From IMG/VR virus record IMGVR_UViG_3300022935_000010, positions 32,001-96,000 of that record: a stretch of DNA of 64,000 nt; one strand, given 5' to 3'. The notes under the pieces are model-generated. The model saw nothing but the letters and a program-made list of their open reading frames with translations. It did not search any database and was not told the origin of the DNA. Origin of the DNA: a virus. Within the stretch, counting starts at the first letter, position 1. Every line of letters starts with the position of its first letter. Below are positions 1-9,678 of this stretch, piece after piece. Both the position numbers and the translations under genes were made by a program.

Positions 1-306
1 ATATCAATTCCTTATTACAATCCATTAGATAAGAAAGAGCATCAGTATAATGTGGATTTTTATATGCAGGTCCTTAAAGATGATGGACAAACACAGGATT
101 GGATAATAGAGGTAAAGCCAGAAAAGCACTTTAAGAGACCGATTCTAGAGGGAAATAGCACACTCAAAAAGCTTAAGTCTTATAATCACAAGATGCAAAT
201 ATGGATTACCAACCAAGCAAAATTTAAAGCGGCTCAGAGATGGGCAGATGCTAGAGGCTATAAATTCGGCGTGGTTGATGAGAATTTTTTATTTAAGAGC
301 AAGTGA
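1..306 (+). CDS. gp4: Head completion nuclease, T4 gp4-like (5'-truncated by window edge)
   Basis: Frame is open from base 1 (ISIPYYNPLDKKEHQYNVDF); has the PD-(D/E)xK-type DF...IEVKP motif and the gp4-like C-terminus NQAKFKAA..WA...GYKFGVVDE; next to gp2 and portal genes. Confidence 0.8.
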   Translation: MSIPYYNPLDKKEHQYNVDFYMQVLKDDGQTQDWIIEVKPEKHFKRPILEGNSTLKKLKSYNHKMQIWITNQAKFKAAQRWADARGYKFGVVDENFLFKSK

Positions 307-908
307 AATCCTTTGAAGAGCAGATAAAGGATTTGAGGGATGGATCTAGTTCGGTCTCTCAGGTTTCGACCGATTCAAACAGATACTTTTTTGGTAAGTA
401 TGGCCCAGGCGGTGATGGTGGTAATATGAAATTTGATGGAAATTTTATACCTGGGAAAATTTATTCAGCTTCATATAAAACCAAGACAATGGTTTCTGAA
501 AAACATCCATTCATAGATAGGTCTCCAATATTCATGTTTGTAAAGAAGGAAAGACATAACGGTTCTGATATTCTGATTTCTCTAGATCTTAATGTTATTC
601 CTCCCGACTATAGAGGGAACATTTTATTCAAATTATGGGAACAGTACTTTCCCCTATTTAAGGAAAATTCCCAGCTTCCTTACTCCTCTCAAGCTCCGGT
701 AAGAAATATTACTCAATCTTTTGACAGGCTCCTAAGCGGGACTGGGTGGAAAACATCTTTAACGGGCTTTAAGAGGGATTTTATAGCAGAAGTGAGCGTT
801 GTAGATTATGAGGATTGGGTCAGAATCCCATATATTTCCGATTTTAGGATAGAGGGTCAATCTACCAGTGGGATATATAATGATTATAGATCGAAATTAA
901 ATGCTTAG
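303..908 (+). CDS. gp2: DNA end protector protein, T4 gp2-like
   Basis: IPGKIY..Y.....PFIDRSP...LDLNVIPP.YR resembles the gp2 core; GTG start overlaps the gp4 stop; gp4-gp2 synteny. Confidence 0.6.
   Translation: MKSFEEQIKDLRDGSSSVSQVSTDSNRYFFGKYGPGGDGGNMKFDGNFIPGKIYSASYKTKTMVSEKHPFIDRSPIFMFVKKERHNGSDILISLDLNVIPPDYRGNILFKLWEQYFPLFKENSQLPYSSQAPVRNITQSFDRLLSGTGWKTSLTGFKRDFIAEVSVVDYEDWVRIPYISDFRIEGQSTSGIYNDYRSKLNA
872..879 (+). promoter_or_regulatory. Putative late promoter GATATATA upstream of the portal genes
   Basis: The same GATAWATA octamer recurs upstream of about 15 structural or late genes in this window; analogous to T4 TATAAATA. Confidence 0.65.
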
Positions 909-942
909 TCTCTAATACAAAAACTAGATCATATTACTATAA

Positions 943-2553
943 ATGGCCGGATTTAACGAAAATCAAGAAGGAAGCCCAATATTCCAGAGAATACGAGAGT
1001 CTGTAAAGTCTCTTAGTAACTTTGGTATGAGATATGGTGATATGGTGATTAAGAACTCGCAAGCTATCGGGTCGATAGAAGCTGAGTTCATGAAAAAGCA
1101 AGCTATTGACGATGAAAGCTTGCTTTATTCTTTAGGAAGGCAAGACACTACAACCAGGCAGTTTATTAGTTATTATGATAAAGATTATGCTGGTAAAAGG
1201 GATTATCTAAGAAAGTTTGCTTTAAATCCTGAAATTGAGTACATCCTGGATACCGTTTGTGATGAAGCTATAACTTTCGATCCCCAAAACTTCTTCGCAC
1301 ATCCTGCATTCCTAAACTTAACTGACGTAAAGGACAAAGTAAAGGATAGAATCGACGAAAACTTTAAAAAGCTGTACGACATGTTCGGCTTTACTGATGA
1401 TATAAGTGCTTGGCAATACTTCAGGCAATTGATGGTTGATGGATTCCTTGCCTTTGAGATTGTATATAATGACAAGGGTAAGGAGATAATAGGATTTAAG
1501 GAATTAGATGCTACAACTCTAATGCCTTCTGTTGAAAAACAGCCAGACGGAACATATCTAAATGTTTGGTATCAGTATCCTAATGATATTAACAAGAGAA
1601 GGATGCTCTATGATTCTCAGGTTATTTATATTTCTTTTGCCAAAGGTAATACAGTTTCTCGGGTTAGTTATGTTGAAAGACTTATTAGGCCTTACAACAT
1701 TCTAAGAATTATAGAATACACCAGGGTTATTTGGTCTGTAATGAACGCATCTTTTAGAATGAAGATGACGGTACCAATTGGATCGAGGTCACCTCAAAAG
1801 TCAATGCAGACCTTAGGTGAATTGATGAGTATCTACAAAGAAGATATTAGGTTTAATGATGAGAGCGGGGAATTAACTGTAGATGGTAGACCTAAAATAC
1901 AGTTCTACAAAAATTACCTTATGCCTTCTGGTGTAAATGGTACTCCAACTATAGAGCCTATAAATAATGCTGGACCAAACCTTAACGACCCTCAACCGCT
2001 TGCTTACTTTTATGACAAGCTGGTTCAAGAATCGAAGGTTCCTTTTTCTAGATTCCAGGGTCCTGACGGCGGATCGATTGGAAATTATTCAAATGGCGCT
2101 GAAGGACTTGATAAGGAAGAAATAAGATTTGCCAAGTTTATTACTAGGCTTAGATCTATTTTCCAAGATGTCCTTGTTAAGCCACTTTGGATACAGATGT
2201 GTAAAGACTTCCCCGAGCTGGAGAAGGATTATTTGTTCAAGAGTCAGTTGGGCTTGGAATTTGTTTCTGATAATCCGTTTAGGATAAACCAGGAGATAGA
2301 AACCATGCTTAAAAAGAAGGAGCAAATAGATGGCATGTACACTTTAACCGACGACTCCGGTGAGCCCTTCTTCTCTTTAGCTTATTTAATTGAATCCCAT
2401 CTGGGTATGAATGCTGATGATATTAAAGGTAATAAGGAGGCGATTCAAAAAAGGAAGGAAGAAGAAGCTAAAAAGGCTGAAGAAGAAAAGGATGAAGATG
2501 AAGCACAGGAACCCGCAGAGGAATCAACGGAGGAAGCCCCTCCTCAAGAATAA
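943..2553 (+). CDS. gp20: Portal vertex protein, T4 gp20-like, paralog A
   Basis: 536 aa; gp20-like blocks (LNPEIEYILDTVCDEAI, FRQLMVDG, SYVERLIRPYNILRIIE, YFYDKL...KVPFSR, EEIRFAKFITRLRSIF); acidic C-terminal tail. Confidence 0.9.
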   Translation: MAGFNENQEGSPIFQRIRESVKSLSNFGMRYGDMVIKNSQAIGSIEAEFMKKQAIDDESLLYSLGRQDTTTRQFISYYDKDYAGKRDYLRKFALNPEIEYILDTVCDEAITFDPQNFFAHPAFLNLTDVKDKVKDRIDENFKKLYDMFGFTDDISAWQYFRQLMVDGFLAFEIVYNDKGKEIIGFKELDATTLMPSVEKQPDGTYLNVWYQYPNDINKRRMLYDSQVIYISFAKGNTVSRVSYVERLIRPYNILRIIEYTRVIWSVMNASFRMKMTVPIGSRSPQKSMQTLGELMSIYKEDIRFNDESGELTVDGRPKIQFYKNYLMPSGVNGTPTIEPINNAGPNLNDPQPLAYFYDKLVQESKVPFSRFQGPDGGSIGNYSNGAEGLDKEEIRFAKFITRLRSIFQDVLVKPLWIQMCKDFPELEKDYLFKSQLGLEFVSDNPFRINQEIETMLKKKEQIDGMYTLTDDSGEPFFSLAYLIESHLGMNADDIKGNKEAIQKRKEEEAKKAEEEKDEDEAQEPAEESTEEAPPQE

Positions 2554-2563
2554 GTAATAAAGG

Positions 2564-4159
2564 ATGGCAGGATTTTTAGATTACGTAGCAGAAAGATCTT
2601 TCCTTGGGAATCTTTATAAGAATTTATCCAAGGTGGGGAGATTTGGTATGGAGTACGAAGACATGGTTATTCGTAACTCCCAAGCTATTGGTGCTACAGA
2701 ATCTAATTTCTTTAATGAGCAAGGTACAGGATTCACTGAGAATAATGCTTTTTATTGGACTCTTGGTTATCAAGATACTAAGGTAAGAAAGTATATAGCA
2801 TATTTCGATAAGGACTATTTAGGCAAAAGAGACTTCCTTAGGAAATTTTCCCTTAACGGCGAAATTGATTTTATCTTAGATACACTTACAGACGATGCTA
2901 TAAATTATGATGACAAGAATTTTATTGGGTATCCATCTCTTTCTAATATAGACCTAAAGCCTAATATTATAGATAAACTAGACGAAAACTATAGAAACAT
3001 GTATATGCTTTTTGGTTTTCAACAGGGAATACTAGCTTGGCAATATTTTAAGCAATTTCTTATAGATGGATTTCTTGCTTTTGAAATCGTATATTCCACC
3101 GACGGTAAAAAAATAGTTGGTTTTAAAGAGCTAGACCCTACTTCATTGCAACCTGCTACACAACCTCAACCAAATGGTGAGTATCAACAAATATGGATTC
3201 AGTATCCTGGTGATAGCAAGATGACCAGAAATCTTAAAAGCGAGCAGGTTATCTATATTTCTTACGCAAAGGGTAATACTATATCTAGGGTAAGCTATGT
3301 AGAACGTTTAATTAGATCCTATAATATTCTAAGAATCATGGAAAACACCAGGGTTATATGGAATGTTATGAATGCATCATACAGACTAAAATTTGTAATT
3401 CCTGTGGGTTCCCAATCTCAACAAAAGGCAATGCAGACATTGGGACAGCTTATGTCTATTTACAAGGAAGAAATGGAAATAAACGATTCTTCGGGTGAAC
3501 TCACTGTAAATGGTAGACCGAAGGTTCAATTCTATAAGAACTACTTATTTCCGGAAAAAGATGGGCAATCTCCCCAAATTGAAACATTAGATCCTAATGG
3601 TCCTGATTTCAATGTAATGGATAACGTAATTTATTTCTACAATAAGCTTAAACAGGATTCAAAGATACCATATGCAAGGTTTGCTTTCAGAAACGGAACT
3701 CCTGCTAATTATCAAATTAGCATCGACCAATTGGAAAGGGATGAGATTAGATTTGAGAAATTCCTAACAAGGCTCAGATCTATTTTCCAAGAAATATTGG
3801 TGAAACCCTTGTATATACAAATGTGTCTTGATTTTCCTGAATTATCTAAGGACAGATCTTTTAAATCAAATTTAGGCCTAACTTATGTTAGGGAGAATCT
3901 TTTTGAAGAATTTATACAGCTTCAGAATTATACTAAGAGAGCACAGTTTGTAAATGATCTTGGTGAGATGAAGCAGAAGATTGGTGAAGAGGAAGAACCT
4001 TATTTTGATAAGAATTTCCTAATAAAGAGGTATCTTGGACTTACGATGGACGAGTATAAGAAAAACGAGAAGTATAAGGAGATGGAGCAGAAAAAGGCCG
4101 AGGAAAAGGCTAAGGAAGCTGGAGGTGAGGAGGAATCTTCAGATAGTTTCACACTATAA
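2564..4159 (+). CDS. gp20: Portal vertex protein, T4 gp20-like, paralog B
   Basis: 531 aa; colinear with paralog A along its whole length (LNGEIDFILDTLTDDAI, SYVERLIRSYNILRIME, RDEIRFEKFLTRLRSIF). Confidence 0.9.
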   Translation: MAGFLDYVAERSFLGNLYKNLSKVGRFGMEYEDMVIRNSQAIGATESNFFNEQGTGFTENNAFYWTLGYQDTKVRKYIAYFDKDYLGKRDFLRKFSLNGEIDFILDTLTDDAINYDDKNFIGYPSLSNIDLKPNIIDKLDENYRNMYMLFGFQQGILAWQYFKQFLIDGFLAFEIVYSTDGKKIVGFKELDPTSLQPATQPQPNGEYQQIWIQYPGDSKMTRNLKSEQVIYISYAKGNTISRVSYVERLIRSYNILRIMENTRVIWNVMNASYRLKFVIPVGSQSQQKAMQTLGQLMSIYKEEMEINDSSGELTVNGRPKVQFYKNYLFPEKDGQSPQIETLDPNGPDFNVMDNVIYFYNKLKQDSKIPYARFAFRNGTPANYQISIDQLERDEIRFEKFLTRLRSIFQEILVKPLYIQMCLDFPELSKDRSFKSNLGLTYVRENLFEEFIQLQNYTKRAQFVNDLGEMKQKIGEEEEPYFDKNFLIKRYLGLTMDEYKKNEKYKEMEQKKAEEKAKEAGGEEESSDSFTL

Positions 4160-4186
4160 ATAAGTAAGGTTCTTAAATCAATTTTT

Positions 4187-4957
4187 ATGTTAAAGGTTTT
4201 AGTAGTAGGTGAACTCTGTATAGATCGGTTTGTTTACGGAGAGGTAAGTAGAATGTGCCCAGAAGCTCCAGTTCCTGTTTTTAACCCAATCGAAATTGTA
4301 GAAAATAATGGGATGGCGGGGAACGTCGTGGATAACCTGAATTCTTTAAGTGATGACATAGAGGTTGTTCATTGGCATCAGGCTAATAAGATAGAGAAAA
4401 TTAGGTTCGTTGAGAAGAAGAGTAACCATATGATTGTTCGGGTTGACGAGGGCGAAAGTTTTCCAATGGATTCTTTTTCCTTTATGTCTTCTAGAAAGAG
4501 AGGTACGATTAACGAGTCTGATCTGGTAATAATCAGCGACTATAACAAGGGATTTCTTACCACATCTCATATAGAGCAAATAGCTAATCAGGGCAGCTTG
4601 GTTCTTATGGATAGTAAGAAGAAATTGTCTGAAGATCTTATACAGGAAATAACATTCGTTAAACTGAATGAGATAGAATATGAAAACAACAAGGACCTGG
4701 CGGATAAGTACCCAGAGAAGTTTATAATAACCCTAGGTTCCAATGGTGCTATGTTTAACGGAGAGATCTACCCAAGTTCAAATCCACAGGATACCATCGA
4801 TGTAAGTGGTGCTGGAGATACTTTTATATCTGCCTTTTCGCTGAAGTACTTATCTACTGGTAATACTGGTGAATCTATTGAATTTGCTAATAGCGCTTGT
4901 GCAAATGTGGTAAATAAAAAGGGGGTAGCAGTACCAGATTCTTCGTTTAGGATATAA
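4187..4957 (+). CDS. PfkB-family sugar kinase, HldE/RfaE (heptose-7-phosphate kinase) domain-like
   Basis: VLVVGE.CID.FVYG.V.RMCPEAPVPV, GMAGNV..NL, IISDYNKG, DVSGAGDTF ribokinase-family signature. Confidence 0.85.
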   Translation: MLKVLVVGELCIDRFVYGEVSRMCPEAPVPVFNPIEIVENNGMAGNVVDNLNSLSDDIEVVHWHQANKIEKIRFVEKKSNHMIVRVDEGESFPMDSFSFMSSRKRGTINESDLVIISDYNKGFLTTSHIEQIANQGSLVLMDSKKKLSEDLIQEITFVKLNEIEYENNKDLADKYPEKFIITLGSNGAMFNGEIYPSSNPQDTIDVSGAGDTFISAFSLKYLSTGNTGESIEFANSACANVVNKKGVAVPDSSFRI

Positions 4958-4985
4958 TAATCCGTCTCAATTTTTTAGCTAATTA

Positions 4986-5013
4986 AATCCACTTTGCTGT
5001 GGATTCTTTTTTT
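4986..5013 (+). terminator. Intrinsic terminator after the portal-kinase operon
   Basis: AATCCAC-TTTGCT-GTGGATT hairpin followed by a T-run. Confidence 0.7.
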
Positions 5014-5026
5014 ATTTGCGTTCTTA

Positions 5027-5045
5027 TTGCTTAGTTTTGTTTAAA
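5027..5045 (+). promoter_or_regulatory. Bacteroidota-type housekeeping promoter (-7 element TAnnTTTG) upstream of DNA ligase
   Basis: TTGCTTAGTTTTGTTTAAA, with a near-identical copy at 12118-12136; TAGTTTTG at 5032-5039 matches TAnnTTTG. Confidence 0.65.
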
Positions 5046-5055
5046 ATACACTGAT

Positions 5056-6402
5056 ATGCTTAAAGAGCTAGAAATATTTTGCCAGCTGGAAGAACTTACA
5101 GGTAACGGTTCACAAAAGGAGAAACAGAGATTGATCTCACAAAATCTCACCGAGGAGATGTCTTATATTCTGGATATCTGTTTTAATCCATTTGTAACAA
5201 CCAAACTACACAAACTAGACCTCTCAGAGGAGCAACCAGTGAGAAGTTATTCAACAAATCCCGATTCATTTTGGGATTCCTTTGTTTCTCTCATAGAGGA
5301 TCTGAAGAATGCTCCAGCAGCCAATGATTTATTGAGAGGAAGGGCGCAAGATTTACTGGACCATTCTTTTGTGCAATACCCAGATCAGGATCTCGAAATA
5401 AGAAAGATGCTTATGAGGATCCTCACTAAGAGAATGAATGTAGGAATTGGCGCAAAGCTTATAAACAAAGCTGTCGGGAAGGAAATCATTCCGGATCCTT
5501 CTTTAATGTTAGCTACGGATAAGCAGGAGGAAATTGAAAAGTGGGATAAAATATATTGCGAGGAGAAATACGACGGTGTTCGTGTTATTGCCATGATGAA
5601 TCCTGATAGATCATTCTCTTTTTATACTCGTGCTTTTAATGAGTTGGATGCCTCTAAGCTTAGTAACATTGCTAAGGATCTTTCCCTTATCTCTGATGCA
5701 GCTGGACATACTGCTATTTTCTATGATGGCGAGTTAACAGATTTAAACAGAAAGTCTGTTTCGGGAAAGGTGACACAGATTCTTAAAGGCACAGCCCCAG
5801 ACAATATAGATGCAAATTTCCTTTTTAATGTGTTTGATATGGAGGATAATTCAACCCTCGAAAAAGGAAGGGGCTCTGTTCTTTATATTAAAAGGAGAAA
5901 GAAGCTATCAGAAACGCTGGACCTTCTACCAGAGGGATCAAATATTAGGTTAGGTCAGATGTGGGAGGTGGATTCTATGGAGGATACCTTGGTCATTTAT
6001 AAAGACATTGTAAATCAAGGTGGAGAAGGAGTTATATGTAAAAACGACCACCTCTATGAATGTAAAAGAAGTAAAAGTTGGATAAAACTTAAAGAGGTCA
6101 ACGATTGTGATCTCGAAGTTGTTGGGTGGTATCCAGGCGAGGGTAAAAGGGAGGGATTTATAGGTGGACTGGATTGCACTGATAAATCAAAAACTCTCAA
6201 CGTAAAAATTGGTTCTGGATTTACTGATAAAGATCTAGAAATACTAAGCGAAAATCCGAATGATCTTATAGGTAAGATTGCAGCTGTGCAGTATAACGTA
6301 ACAATTACGGATAAGCACGAAAATCGAAGTCTTTTCTTACCCAGGTTTATAGAAATTAGGAACGATAAATCCGACCCAGACGACATGTCTAACTTGTTCT
6401 AA
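5056..6402 (+). CDS. lig: ATP-dependent DNA ligase
   Basis: Motif I EEKYDGVR, motif III YDGEL, FNVFD, EGVICK, KRSKSWIKLK; C-terminal OB domain (GSGF, SLFLPRF..IR.DK). Confidence 0.95.
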   Translation: MLKELEIFCQLEELTGNGSQKEKQRLISQNLTEEMSYILDICFNPFVTTKLHKLDLSEEQPVRSYSTNPDSFWDSFVSLIEDLKNAPAANDLLRGRAQDLLDHSFVQYPDQDLEIRKMLMRILTKRMNVGIGAKLINKAVGKEIIPDPSLMLATDKQEEIEKWDKIYCEEKYDGVRVIAMMNPDRSFSFYTRAFNELDASKLSNIAKDLSLISDAAGHTAIFYDGELTDLNRKSVSGKVTQILKGTAPDNIDANFLFNVFDMEDNSTLEKGRGSVLYIKRRKKLSETLDLLPEGSNIRLGQMWEVDSMEDTLVIYKDIVNQGGEGVICKNDHLYECKRSKSWIKLKEVNDCDLEVVGWYPGEGKREGFIGGLDCTDKSKTLNVKIGSGFTDKDLEILSENPNDLIGKIAAVQYNVTITDKHENRSLFLPRFIEIRNDKSDPDDMSNLF

Positions 6403-6406
6403 ATGG

Positions 6407-6434
6407 GAAACTTAAGGCTCTTTTTTCTGTACAA
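6407..6434 (+). promoter_or_regulatory. Putative middle (phage sigma) promoter GAAACTT-N16-TACAA
   Basis: Same bipartite motif with an exact 16-nt spacer at 11185, 25799 and 29808. Confidence 0.65.
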
Positions 6435-6451
6435 GGATAAAGAGCTTTTTT

Positions 6452-7399
6452 ATGATAGACCAACTCCTTACTGAGAAGTTAAGACCGAAAGAAATTAGAC
6501 ACATGATCCTCCCTGATAGGATCCGGTCTTTATTTGATAATAAGGGACTAAATCACAATGTACTTTTAGCAGGATCTCCTGGATGTGGGAAAACCACTCT
6601 GGCAAAGATACTTTCGAACGGTCTCCCGCACATCTTTATAAATGTTTCTGATGAGAGTTCAGTAGACACTATCAGAACAAAGATAAATGACTTTTGTTCC
6701 ACCATGAGCATTATGGATGGTAAGTCTTCTAAAAAGGTTGTTGTCCTTGATGAGTTTGATGGTGCTTCCGATCAATTTTATAAGGCTCTTAGAGGTACAA
6801 TAGAAAAATTTGCTTCTAATACAAGGTTCATAGCTACTTGTAATTGGCTCAATAAAGTACCAGATGCTATACAAAGCAGATTTGAGGTAATTAACTTTGA
6901 TCCGATAAATCAAGCGGAGGAAGAGAAGATACGGACAGAATGGAGATCCCGAATCAAGCTAATTCTGGGCAAACTTTCTATTTCAATAGATGATGCTTCA
7001 CTTGATGAGTTTGAGAAGGAGTACTTCCCAGATCTTAGATCTTCTCTTAACCGTATTCAATCTTGGGTGATTGAGGGAGTTAAAGAGATAGATATATCAA
7101 GGGTACGAGATTCTGGATGGTCTTACGAGGATCTTTATAATATGATATTTACATCTAAAGATCCAATAGGAAATTACCAAATAATCGTTGGTCAATACTC
7201 ATCAAAGGTTGATGACGTAATGGCAGCACTCGGGGAGGAGTTTATTCAATGGATTATGAAGAATAAATCATCTCACTCAAATATCGTACCTGCTGTGGTA
7301 GTTGAGGTTGCTCATCATCAGGCCCAAAGACAGTTGGTAATAGATCCTGTTGTTAGTTTACTTTCCCTCATTTTTAAGATACAAAAATTTATAGACTAA
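6452..7399 (+). CDS. gp44: Sliding clamp loader AAA+ subunit (T4 gp44 / RFC small subunit-like)
   Basis: EKLRP, Walker A GSPGCGKTT, Walker B VVVLDEFD, FIATCN, AIQSRF (SRC-like motif). Confidence 0.92.
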   Translation: MIDQLLTEKLRPKEIRHMILPDRIRSLFDNKGLNHNVLLAGSPGCGKTTLAKILSNGLPHIFINVSDESSVDTIRTKINDFCSTMSIMDGKSSKKVVVLDEFDGASDQFYKALRGTIEKFASNTRFIATCNWLNKVPDAIQSRFEVINFDPINQAEEEKIRTEWRSRIKLILGKLSISIDDASLDEFEKEYFPDLRSSLNRIQSWVIEGVKEIDISRVRDSGWSYEDLYNMIFTSKDPIGNYQIIVGQYSSKVDDVMAALGEEFIQWIMKNKSSHSNIVPAVVVEVAHHQAQRQLVIDPVVSLLSLIFKIQKFID

Positions 7400-7689
7400 T
7401 GGATTTATTACCAGAAGAGATTCGAAAAAACACTTACCTCTATAAGTTTTATAAAAGAGGTGAAAAAGCCATTATGTATGAGCAAACAGAACCAGATAGT
7501 GGTATTACTGTTGCTTACGAGGTATTTAAAAGAAAAATAGATAAGCCAAAGATTGTTTTTGGAATTCAGCTCAATGAAAGGGAGATATTCCCAGGTAACG
7601 AGGATTTTGGTAAATGGGCTTGGGCAATTTCTGACGAGGGTAGAGCCTTAGAAAAGTTTGATTTGATAGAGAACCAAGTGGATGAATAA
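7399..7689 (+). CDS. Hypothetical protein
   Basis: 96-aa ORF coupled to gp44 by a TAATG overlap; YEVF and FP.NEDFGKWAW motifs. Confidence 0.7.
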   Translation: MDLLPEEIRKNTYLYKFYKRGEKAIMYEQTEPDSGITVAYEVFKRKIDKPKIVFGIQLNEREIFPGNEDFGKWAWAISDEGRALEKFDLIENQVDE

Positions 7690-8026
7690 ACAGGGTTTAA
7701 TATTTTTTTTAATTATTGCTTTAGCACAGTCGGGAGCTTGGTTCCAACAATTTTCTCAAGTTAGGTGGGATTGGTTTAGAAACAACACCTGGTTTAACAT
7801 TGGGATTTTAGGAATTGTCCTATCTATACTTTTTGTCTATGGAGCTAGAGTAGGATACGCAGCATGGGAAAGTGTGTGGAAAGTAAGATTAATACAATTC
7901 TCTATCGGTGCTTTTGTTGTTTCTTTTTGGAGTTGGATAATCTTAGGTGAGGGTGTCAATTTAAAAACATTTGTTTGCCTTTTACTAGCTTTAATGATTA
8001 TCATCATACAGGTTTTTTGGAAATAA
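7682..8026 (+). CDS. Small membrane protein (about 4 TM segments, SMR/DMT-like)
   Basis: Four hydrophobic stretches in 114 aa; ends in ILGEGVNLKTFVCLLLAL, as in DMT-family proteins. Confidence 0.6.
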   Translation: MNKQGLIFFLIIALAQSGAWFQQFSQVRWDWFRNNTWFNIGILGIVLSILFVYGARVGYAAWESVWKVRLIQFSIGAFVVSFWSWIILGEGVNLKTFVCLLLALMIIIIQVFWK

Positions 8027-8027
8027 T

Positions 8028-8549
8028 ATGAAGAGACTTATAATAGTTGGTAAAGGTGGCTCTGGTAAGGATCACTTAAGAAAAATACTACAGGGAAGGG
8101 GACTTAGGTATTGTGTTTCCCACACCACTAGGCCCCCAAGGGAAGGAGAGGTAAGCGGTAAAGATTATCATTTTATATCTTCAGATACCGCACATCAGGA
8201 GTTTATTAGATCTGGTAATTACTATGAATACGTAATTTTTAACGGGTGGATTTATCTTACCTCCCTGGATGAATTCAATGCTAGTAACCTGTTTATTATG
8301 ACCCCCTCTGGACTTCTTTCTATGAAGCCTGCGGATAGAAAAGAATCCGTTGTACTATACTTAGATATTGATGAAAAAACAAGGAGATCTAGGTTATCTA
8401 AAAGGAATGATGCAGATAAGCTCGAAAGGAGATTAGAAGCTGATTATAATGACTTTGAGGATTTTATTGATTATGATTTTAGAATTACAGACCCTTATTT
8501 TAAGGATATTGGTGAATTTGGAAATTTAAATTTTTATAGAAATGATTAA
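8028..8549 (+). CDS. gmk: Guanylate kinase-like
   Basis: P-loop GKGGSGKD; VSHTTRPPREGEVSGKDYHFI guanylate kinase signature. Confidence 0.9.
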   Translation: MKRLIIVGKGGSGKDHLRKILQGRGLRYCVSHTTRPPREGEVSGKDYHFISSDTAHQEFIRSGNYYEYVIFNGWIYLTSLDEFNASNLFIMTPSGLLSMKPADRKESVVLYLDIDEKTRRSRLSKRNDADKLERRLEADYNDFEDFIDYDFRITDPYFKDIGEFGNLNFYRND

Positions 8550-9678
8550 TATACTTATAGATGGCAATTATATCTTCCATAAGACCTTTGGTGTTTTTGG
8601 TGGATATGGAAATAAGAATCCCATGGATATCCTCGGAACTTCCAATGAGCAATCCATGTTCATTCGCAAGATTTCAACTGATCTTACATCTTCTTTAAGA
8701 TCTATCCCAACTGGTGGTAGGTTAGTTTTTGCTGCTGATAGTAGAAGCTGGAGGAAGGATGTTGAGATTGAGGGTGGTGGTTATAAATCTAATAGGGTAA
8801 AGGACGAAGAGGTTGACTGGAGCGTATTTTTTAACCTCCTTACTTCTTACGGGGAACATTTGGAAAAAATGGGATTTATTTTTTCTAAGGTAAATGGAGC
8901 TGAAGGTGACGATTTGTTATATTTCTGGGCTGATTATCTAACCTCGAAGGGTGAAAATTGTATCATAATCTCTGGTGACAAAGATCTACATCAGCTTGCA
9001 AGGTGGAAGCAAGACAATTGGACAATTGTGTGGAACGCTAATTCCAAAAATAATATACTCTCAGTTCCCAAAGGGTGGGAAGAGAAATGGTTAAATAAGA
9101 ACTCTGAGGCATCTGTTTTTGACATGGGAAGCATAATGGACCCAGATAAGGAAAAGCTTAAGGAGTTTAAAAAGAAGGTGGATGTTAATGAGATATCCCC
9201 CCGGGATTTTGTTTTTGTAAAGATGCTCGTTGGTGATAAAGGAGATGCAGTACCTGGTATTTGGGAGGTAAAAAATGGTTCTAGAATCCAGAGGGTTACC
9301 CCAAAAAAGGCAGAAGTTGTATTGGAATCCTTGCAAACCACTAAGTGGGCAAAGCTGCCTTTTTCTTATTTAATTGACGATGATGAATTTTTGGAATGGA
9401 CTGCTGGATATTGCATTAGGTTACTGAAGGATATAGACAGTAAGGAAAACAGGGAGAAAGCAGCTAACAACCTAAGGAGAAACTATAAACTTATGTGGCT
9501 GGATAAAACTGTTATACCCTCTGAAGTTATTAGTGGAACTATAGAGGAGCTAAAGAGAGGAATATCCTTGGAGAAAAAGTCTATAACGTTAGACAGGGTT
9601 AAGATAATTGAAGGGACAAATTGGGTAAGTTCCCAAAATGCTCCCAGCCAGTTTGACCCATTTAAAGACTTTAATTAA
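8542..9678 (+). CDS. rnh: 5'-3' exonuclease / RNase H (T4 rnh, FEN family)
   Basis: ILIDGN, DSRSWRK, YKSNR, AEGDDL, ISGDKDLHQL, GDKGDAVPG (H3TH). Confidence 0.9.
   Translation: MINILIDGNYIFHKTFGVFGGYGNKNPMDILGTSNEQSMFIRKISTDLTSSLRSIPTGGRLVFAADSRSWRKDVEIEGGGYKSNRVKDEEVDWSVFFNLLTSYGEHLEKMGFIFSKVNGAEGDDLLYFWADYLTSKGENCIIISGDKDLHQLARWKQDNWTIVWNANSKNNILSVPKGWEEKWLNKNSEASVFDMGSIMDPDKEKLKEFKKKVDVNEISPRDFVFVKMLVGDKGDAVPGIWEVKNGSRIQRVTPKKAEVVLESLQTTKWAKLPFSYLIDDDEFLEWTAGYCIRLLKDIDSKENREKAANNLRRNYKLMWLDKTVIPSEVISGTIEELKRGISLEKKSITLDRVKIIEGTNWVSSQNAPSQFDPFKDFN

Noticed and set aside
1-306. TnsA-like nuclease as evidence of a Tn7 transposon
   Set aside because: T4 gp4 shares this fold, the gp2-portal context fits head completion, and no tnsB/tnsC or transposon ends are present.
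943-4159. Portal duplication as an assembly artefact or a split gene
   Set aside because: The copies differ throughout at nucleotide and protein level, and each spans the full portal length.
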